Source: Bacteroidota bacterium
GTDB taxonomy: Bacteria; Bacteroidota; Bacteroidia; Bacteroidales; FEN-979
NCBI GenBank assembly: GCA_037133475.1
Contig: JBAXOB010000011.1
Location: 18,994 to 82,993, forward strand
Length of the DNA stretch: 64,000 bases
Direction of reading: 5' to 3'
Below, one piece after another: positions 56,577 through 64,000 of the stretch. Position 1 is the stretch's first letter, and each line of letters opens with the position of its first letter. A program made the translations under genes and the position numbers. The notes below the pieces were generated by a model, which worked only from the letters and a program-made list of their open reading frames with translations, was not told where the DNA came from and ran no database searches.

Positions 56577-57232
56577 TGCGGATACACGACCTTTACCTGC
56601 ACGGAATCACGGTATTTATGGGCTTTTTCGCCATGCTGAACCCTATCGGGAACCTCCCGATTTTCCTTGGCATGGTGCAGGATTTTGATAAAAAGACCCA
56701 GAACCGGGTTGCTTTCAGGGCCACCGCCACCGCCTTTATCATCATCGCCATCTTCAGCATTTTCGGGCATATCATCTTCAGGGTTTTCGGCATCACCGTG
56801 CCTGCCTTCCAGATCGCCGGCGGTATCATCGTTTTTATCATCGGCTTCCAGATGCTGAACGCCAAGGAAAATCCCATCCATGCCCAATCGGCTGACGAGA
56901 AACTGATGATGACCCAGGTTGCCAACGACATGGCGATTACCCCGCTGGGCATCCCGCTGCTGGCCGGACCTGGAACCATCTCCACCGCCATGAACTTTGT
57001 CGGCGCTGAGAAATCGATGAAAAACGTCATCATGGTGGTGGTCATCTTCGGGATCATGTGCCTGATCACCTATTTCCTCTTTATCTCCTCGCGGATCATC
57101 GCCTCCCGAATCAGCCCGGGCATGCTCAAGGTGGTTTCCCGCATCATGGGACTGATCCTGGCGGTCATCGCCGTTCAGATGATGATCAACGGGATAGAGG
57201 GAACCATTGATATCTTTAACCAGCCCGGATGA
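56576..57232 (+). CDS. MarC family membrane protein
   Basis: MLNPIGNLPIF, AGGII, PLGIPLLAGPGTIS and RIMGLILAVIAVQ motifs. Confidence 0.93.
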   Translation: MRIHDLYLHGITVFMGFFAMLNPIGNLPIFLGMVQDFDKKTQNRVAFRATATAFIIIAIFSIFGHIIFRVFGITVPAFQIAGGIIVFIIGFQMLNAKENPIHAQSADEKLMMTQVANDMAITPLGIPLLAGPGTISTAMNFVGAEKSMKNVIMVVVIFGIMCLITYFLFISSRIIASRISPGMLKVVSRIMGLILAVIAVQMMINGIEGTIDIFNQPG

Positions 57233-57876
57233 TGAAAAACAACTGGATCCTGATTTTACTGACTGTTGTCTTCCTGACGGCCTGCTCCAAAGTCAAAACG
57301 GAATACTGGGCTAACGGGAATAGAAAAACCGAGATTACCGTCAAGGGCGACAGCTACGAGGGGCCGGCCCGGTACTGGTACGAAAACGGGAATCTTCAAA
57401 CGACGTGTACCTATAAAAACAACAAGATCGAAGGCATTTTCAAAAGTTACTATCCATCAGGATATATCCAGCTGGAGCAGAGTTACGCCAATGGCCACCT
57501 GAACGGGATTACACGGACCTTCGACCGCTCGGGCAAACTGGTTTCCCAGTCGAACTTCAGGAACGATACCCTTAACGGCCGGTATAACGAATACTATCCC
57601 AACCGGTTGATGAAAACCGACGGCAACTATATCCATGGGATGCCCGACGGCCCGTGGTTCTATTATGATGCTGGCGGACTGGTGGTTGGCGAGGGACTTT
57701 TCACCCTCGGCGACGGTGTTCAGAAATCCTATTACGAGAACGGGATCACCAAGCAGATCACCCATTATGTGAAGAACCTGAAGCACGGCGAAGAGGTGTT
57801 CTACAAGGCTGACGGATCGATCGATATCATCAATAAATTCGACCACGGGAGGCTTCTGGACAAGGTTTCCAGATAA
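57229..57876 (+). CDS. MORN-variant repeat lipoprotein (YwqK-like)
   Basis: Lipobox LTA-C; repeated YY.NG..Y.NG..G units. Confidence 0.85.
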   Translation: MMKNNWILILLTVVFLTACSKVKTEYWANGNRKTEITVKGDSYEGPARYWYENGNLQTTCTYKNNKIEGIFKSYYPSGYIQLEQSYANGHLNGITRTFDRSGKLVSQSNFRNDTLNGRYNEYYPNRLMKTDGNYIHGMPDGPWFYYDAGGLVVGEGLFTLGDGVQKSYYENGITKQITHYVKNLKHGEEVFYKADGSIDIINKFDHGRLLDKVSR

Positions 57877-57893
57877 ATATTTCAATGCTTTTG

Positions 57894-57925
57894 TTTGGTT
57901 AATTTACTTAATCCCTGTACTTTTG
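57894..57925 (+). promoter_or_regulatory. gdhA promoter (-33 TTTG, 20-nt spacer, -7 TACTTTTG)
   Basis: Full Bacteroidota consensus read directly. Confidence 0.7.
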
Positions 57926-57974
57926 CATTTGTTATTTTCTTCACAAACCCAGCTAAATCAAAACATCACAATAA

Positions 57975-59342
<1,368 letters not shown>

Positions 59343-59359
59343 CCTGGTTTAAAAAAGTG

Positions 59360-59386
59360 GCATAGACGCATGCATTGCGTCTATAC
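59360..59386. repeat. REP-like palindrome gcatagacgca-tgcat-tgcgtctatac
   Basis: 10 of 11 bp pair; resembles GTAG/GTAT-type REP hairpins. Confidence 0.55.
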
Positions 59387-59389
59387 CGC

Positions 59390-59422
59390 AAAAATCCCGG
59401 CCCTGGTGCCGGGATTTTTTTT
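59390..59422 (+). terminator. Intrinsic terminator after gdhA
   Basis: aaaaatcccggc-cctggt-gccgggattttt stem followed by a T run. Confidence 0.85.
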
Positions 59423-59432
59423 ACCTTTGGCC

Positions 59433-61499
59433 ATGCAATTTGTCAACCCGTTATTTTTAATTGCCTTAGGGACACTGGTGATTCCGGTGCTCATCCACCT
59501 TTTTAATTTCCGGAAATTCAAAAAGGTCTATTTCACCAATGTCCGTTTCCTGCAAGAGATCCAGCAGGAGACAAAAAAACAGTCGCAACTCCGGCAACTG
59601 CTGATCCTGGCGGCACGGCTGCTGGCGATCGCCTCCCTGGTCCTCGCATTTGCCCAGCCCTACCTGCCTGCTTCACGACAACAAAAACGTATCACCGGGC
59701 AGCGGGCCGTGAGTATTTACATCGACAACTCCTTTTCGATGGAGTCGGTGTCGACCGACGGCAAATTGTTCGACCTTGCCAGGGCCAAAGCGCTGGAGAT
59801 CGTTTCGGCCTACTCCCCCTCCGACCTGTTTATGCTGGTGACCAACGATTTTGAGGGAAGGCATCAGCGTTTTGTGAGTCCCGAAGAGTTTACAAAACTG
59901 GTCGAAGAGATACAGATCTCCGCCGCCACCCGGAACCTTTCAGAGGTATTCAACCGCCAGTCTGACATGACCCCGGGCGCACAGAACATGAACTTCGATG
60001 CCTATGCCATTTCCGACTTCCAGAAGACAACAGCCACACTGAACGGGGCAAGGCCCGACTCCGCCATCAGCTGGTTCCTGGTCCCCCTGGCTGCCGACAA
60101 AAAAGACAACCTCTATATCGATTCCGTCTATTTCCCCTCACCTGTGCATCAGCCGGAACAACCTGCCAGGCTGGTGGTACGCATCAGGAACGCATCGGGA
60201 AATTCCCTCGAAAAGGTCCCTGTTAAACTTACCATCAACTCGGTTCAAAAGGCGCTGTCGAGTTTCGACATCGGCCCTGGTGCTACGCTGGAGCTTCCCC
60301 TTTCCTATACTGAAAACCCTTCCGGCATCCAGTATGGCCAGGTGGAAGTGACCGACTACCCGATCGTTTACGACGACAAGTTTTATTTCTCCTACCCGGT
60401 TCTTCCTTCGATCCCCGTGCTGAGCATCAATGAGAAGGATAGCAACCATTTCCTGGATGCCCTTTTTTCGGGTGATTCGGCGGTAACCTTTACCAACAGC
60501 GCGGTGAATCAACTTGATTACAGCAAGATCTTCACGAACTCTCTGGTAATCGTAAACAGTCCCGAAGAGCTTTCGTCAGGACTGGTCAGGGAATTAAACC
60601 GTTTTGTCAGGAACGGGGGCAGTCTGGCCCTGTTTCCCCCCGCAAGGGGAAGGGTTGACTCATACAATTCCCTGGCCTCCCTGTTAAACCTTACCGGCTA
60701 CACGGTAACGGATACCGCACGCCAGCGCATTGCCTATGTCAATACCGAAAGTGAGATTTTTAATGGCGTATTCGAGAAAAACAGCAATGGCAGGGTCGTC
60801 CTTCCCGACAATATCGACTTGCCGATGGTCAATAAATATTACAGGATACCGCCCGATATGCTCAGCAGGGAGGAGGTACTGCTTAAGTTGCAGAACAACC
60901 AGCCCTACCTGGTCAGCTCCCCTGTCGAAAAGGGGAGGGTTTACCTGTTCGGCAGCCCGCTGGATGAATCGTGGTCAAAGTTCCCGAAACACATGATCTT
61001 CGTGCCCACCCTGTATAAGATTGCCTTGCTTAGTAATCCGACCTATCCGCTGTTTTATACCCTCGGCGACATCCAGACCGTAGTGGTCCCGGGCGATACT
61101 GTTTCTGAAACCAACCTGTGCAAGTTAAAGAAACTGAATTCAGCCTTCGAGATCATCCCCGAGGCTAAACGCTCGGGCAGCAACCTGGCGCTCTACCTGC
61201 ACGACCAGGTAAAAGAGGCTGGATTTTACAGTGTTGCCTGCGGACAAAAGATCAGCTCGGGACTCTCCTTCAATTACAACCGGAAGGAGTCGGACCTTGC
61301 CTGTTTTACGGCTTCAGAACTGGAGGACCAGGCCCGGCGGCAGTCGATCAAAGATATCCACATCATCAAAGGGAAAAAGAGTTCCCTTGTACAGGAGATC
61401 AGGCAGATAAAGCAGGGAACACCCTTGTGGAAACTGTTCATCATCCTGGCGCTGGTGTTCCTGGCCATTGAAATTGCACTGATCCGGTTGTTAAAATAA
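59433..61499 (+). CDS. BatA N-terminal domain plus vWA domain membrane protein
   Basis: Start re-assigned to ATG 59433: MQFVNPLFLIAL..IPVLIHLFNFR (BatA); IDNSFSM (vWA DxSxS); C-terminal TM LWKLFIILALVFLAIE. Confidence 0.88.
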   Translation: MQFVNPLFLIALGTLVIPVLIHLFNFRKFKKVYFTNVRFLQEIQQETKKQSQLRQLLILAARLLAIASLVLAFAQPYLPASRQQKRITGQRAVSIYIDNSFSMESVSTDGKLFDLARAKALEIVSAYSPSDLFMLVTNDFEGRHQRFVSPEEFTKLVEEIQISAATRNLSEVFNRQSDMTPGAQNMNFDAYAISDFQKTTATLNGARPDSAISWFLVPLAADKKDNLYIDSVYFPSPVHQPEQPARLVVRIRNASGNSLEKVPVKLTINSVQKALSSFDIGPGATLELPLSYTENPSGIQYGQVEVTDYPIVYDDKFYFSYPVLPSIPVLSINEKDSNHFLDALFSGDSAVTFTNSAVNQLDYSKIFTNSLVIVNSPEELSSGLVRELNRFVRNGGSLALFPPARGRVDSYNSLASLLNLTGYTVTDTARQRIAYVNTESEIFNGVFEKNSNGRVVLPDNIDLPMVNKYYRIPPDMLSREEVLLKLQNNQPYLVSSPVEKGRVYLFGSPLDESWSKFPKHMIFVPTLYKIALLSNPTYPLFYTLGDIQTVVVPGDTVSETNLCKLKKLNSAFEIIPEAKRSGSNLALYLHDQVKEAGFYSVACGQKISSGLSFNYNRKESDLACFTASELEDQARRQSIKDIHIIKGKKSSLVQEIRQIKQGTPLWKLFIILALVFLAIEIALIRLLK

Positions 61500-61726
61500 G
61501 GCTCCTGTTGTCGCGGATACCATCTGCCTGTCAATCAATCTTCCCGGAAATAGTGGCGTATAGTCACCTGCCGAACCGAGATCAGAGTACATCTTCATGC
61601 CTCCGAACTTCCGTCAACGATCTCAAATCCAAGGTAGTCAGTTAATTTCAAAAACAACAACCAGCTGATTTCGTGACACATACACAACTCATCCATAATA
61701 AAATAGGTTTTAACTCTGCCATCACG

Positions 61727-61734
61727 TAATTTTG
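61727..61734 (+). promoter_or_regulatory. -7 box TAATTTTG upstream of the beta-helix protein
   Basis: Exact TAnnTTTG 76 nt before ATG 61811. Confidence 0.4.
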
Positions 61735-61810
61735 TATAGGAAAAGGATCAGAAGGTGAGTTTCCGGGGAACCCCGGGAATGACCGCGAAGGATATCTTAC
61801 ATCAGGAAAA

Positions 61811-64000
61811 ATGAGAACTTCTGCCGGAATTAAAATTTCGTTACTGCTCTTCCTGGTTACAGTTACGCTGCTGGCCGGGCGGCCTCTCCATGCACAGACC
61901 ACGAAAACCGTTGGGGGGGCAGGCGCCAGCTATGCCACGCTGAAACTCGCCTTCGACGCCATCAACGCAGGCACGATCACAGGCGCCATTACGCTGCAGG
62001 TAACCGGGAGCACTACCGAAACGGCCTCTGCCGTGCTGAATGCCAGCGGAAGCGGCAGTGCAAGTTACACCTCCGTCAACATCTACCCTACCCTTACCGG
62101 TAAAACCATCGGCGGCAATATTGCCGGGCCCCTGATCGACCTGAATGGCGCCGATTATGTGGTCGTCGACGGCCGGGTGAATGCAGCAGGCGCTGCAAAA
62201 GACATGACCATCACCAATACCAATACGGGTTTAGCATCCTCCACCGTCAGGTTTATCAACTCTGCAACAAACAACACCCTTAAATACTGCACCATCAGGG
62301 GTTCGGAAATGAGCAGTTCGGCGGGCATTATCTTTTTTTCCACCGCCGCCACAGGTCCGGGGAATGACGCTAACCTGGTCGACCAGAACAACATTACGGC
62401 AGATCCTGCGGGAAGGCCCGTCAATGCTGTATATTCTGAAGGAACGGCATCGCGCGAAAACAGTGGAAACACCATCAGCAACAACAATATCTATAATTTC
62501 CTCAACAACTCAACCGCATCCAACGGGATCAGCTTCTATTCAAATACGACAGGATGCACCATTTCGGGCAACAGCTTTTATGAAACAGCCACCTTCGTCC
62601 CTACCGGGTGGGTTGAATATGATGTGATCAGGATCAATAATGTTTCAGGCGTTAATTTCAATGTTTCCGACAACTACATCGGCGGGAGCCTGCCTTCGTG
62701 CCTCGGTACAGCCTGGACCAAGACCAATGCCAACAACAACACCTTTTTTGCCATCTATCTGAATGTGGGAACGGCTACAGCAACCAGCATTCAGAACAAC
62801 ACCATCCAGAATATCAACTGGAGCAACTCCAACGCCACCCTCTGGACCGGCATCCATGTTGCCGCGGGTGCTGTCAATATCGGCACCATTGCAGGAAACA
62901 CCATCGGTTCCGCCTCCGGGACCGGCTCAATTACGGTTAATGCAGGTGACAACTCTTCGTCGGTTTATGGAATTAACATAACCGGTACCGGCACCATCAA
63001 CTGCCAGAACAATATCATCGGCTCGGTCACGGCAGCCATGGCAGATGGCAATAAGGGAAACAACCTTTACGGGATTTACAAGAATCCGGGAGCGGGGACA
63101 ACCAACATCAGCAACAATACCATCGGAAGCGCGGCCACTGCCGGCAGCTTCCAGGCCAGTTCGACGAGCATGGGGAACGGCCAGACCGTGATCGGCATCA
63201 ACAGCGACGGAACGGGGACAACCACAATTTCAGGAAACATCCTGATCAATATTAAAAACGGCCAGACCTCCTTTACGGGCAGCTCCCCCACCATCGGGAT
63301 CCAGACGACTGCGGGGTCAAACACCATTCAAAACAATACCGTAGGGAATATTTCAACAGGGAATGGTTTGTGGGGATCGGTCGGTTCAGCCTCGGCCATG
63401 GGGATCTGCCAGAAAAGCACCACGTCGGGCACGCTCCAGTCGGTAAACGGGAATGTGGTCTATAACATCACAAACAACCATCCCAACCGGCTGGTGCGAA
63501 CCAACGGCATCTTTTACCAGGGTCCCCCTTCGGGCGCGAACACTGTATCGGGCAATTTTGTCCATGATCTCTCCCTCTCCTCCTCCGACCCCGGTTCCGA
63601 TATGGACGGGATCGTACTCTACGACGGACTGACAACCTGTGCAAACAACGTCATCAGCCTGGGCACGGGCATCACAGGAGGGTATGCCATCAACGGGATC
63701 TGGGACAACAGCGGCTCAACCAACAACAACAGTATCTGGTTCAATACCGTGAACATCGGGGGCTCCGTCTCGCCAGGCACCACTACCGTCACGGCCGCCC
63801 TGTATAATCCTGCCAGTTCATCCACCCGTAATTACCGCGACAACATCCTGAACAATACCCGTTCAGGGGGGAGTTCCGGGAAGCACTATGCCATTTACCT
63901 ATCCGGAACCAGTGGCCTGACCATCGATTACAACGATTACTTTGCCAACGGCACCAGCGGAGTCCTGGGGTTTGTCGGTTCCGATAAAACGACCCTGGCC
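61811..64000 (+). CDS. Large secreted parallel beta-helix (PbH1-like) surface protein, 3'-truncated at the window edge
   Basis: Not in the ORF track (no stop). Open for 730 codons from ATG 61811: signal MRTSAGIKISLLLFLVTVTLLAGRPLHA-Q; GASYATLKLAFDAIN; repeated I.NN.I / I.GN.I rungs rich in N, G, S, T. Confidence 0.85.
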   Translation, partial: MRTSAGIKISLLLFLVTVTLLAGRPLHAQTTKTVGGAGASYATLKLAFDAINAGTITGAITLQVTGSTTETASAVLNASGSGSASYTSVNIYPTLTGKTIGGNIAGPLIDLNGADYVVVDGRVNAAGAAKDMTITNTNTGLASSTVRFINSATNNTLKYCTIRGSEMSSSAGIIFFSTAATGPGNDANLVDQNNITADPAGRPVNAVYSEGTASRENSGNTISNNNIYNFLNNSTASNGISFYSNTTGCTISGNSFYETATFVPTGWVEYDVIRINNVSGVNFNVSDNYIGGSLPSCLGTAWTKTNANNNTFFAIYLNVGTATATSIQNNTIQNINWSNSNATLWTGIHVAAGAVNIGTIAGNTIGSASGTGSITVNAGDNSSSVYGINITGTGTINCQNNIIGSVTAAMADGNKGNNLYGIYKNPGAGTTNISNNTIGSAATAGSFQASSTSMGNGQTVIGINSDGTGTTTISGNILINIKNGQTSFTGSSPTIGIQTTAGSNTIQNNTVGNISTGNGLWGSVGSASAMGICQKSTTSGTLQSVNGNVVYNITNNHPNRLVRTNGIFYQGPPSGANTVSGNFVHDLSLSSSDPGSDMDGIVLYDGLTTCANNVISLGTGITGGYAINGIWDNSGSTNNNSIWFNTVNIGGSVSPGTTTVTAALYNPASSSTRNYRDNILNNTRSGGSSGKHYAIYLSGTSGLTIDYNDYFANGTSGVLGFVGSDKTTLA

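Overview
Bacteroidota chromosomal segment, probably an environmental Bacteroidales-like organism. Evidence: T9SS C-terminal sorting domains, repeated TAnnTTTG '-7' promoter boxes, the dnaE-trxA-DUF58 cluster and an extended S16. About 40 genes. Housekeeping genes (rsmE, typA, valS, trxA, dnaE, rpsP, rimM, trmN6, gdhA) are interleaved with accessory genes. The accessory set includes a three-gene signalling block (3055-aa kinase with about 19 PAS domains, a GAF, HisKA/HATPase and REC; a REC-HisKA-HATPase protein; a CHASE sensor truncated at the left edge), four complete T9SS cargo proteins plus a large truncated beta-helix protein, peptidases (M14, C1A, C26, internally deleted M1), a divergent TetM-like GTPase and an orphan PD-(D/E)XK-like nuclease. 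No rRNA, tRNA, CRISPR array, integrase or transposase could be supported. Best leads: (1) a dispersed family of CWTTGTG-subunit palindromic intergenic elements, with one intact 89-bp copy and about 5 half copies that read in a consistent orientation downstream of stop codons; (2) a TetM-like GTPase whose domain IV loop is GEDHPMHS instead of the YSPVST resistance loop; (3) a coupled operon of an exported gamma-glutamyl hydrolase, MarC and a MORN lipoprotein next to gdhA; (4) a (TAG)10 microsatellite in a 5' leader and an A15 tract near the kinase promoter. No database searches were run; family names come from motif recognition by eye.
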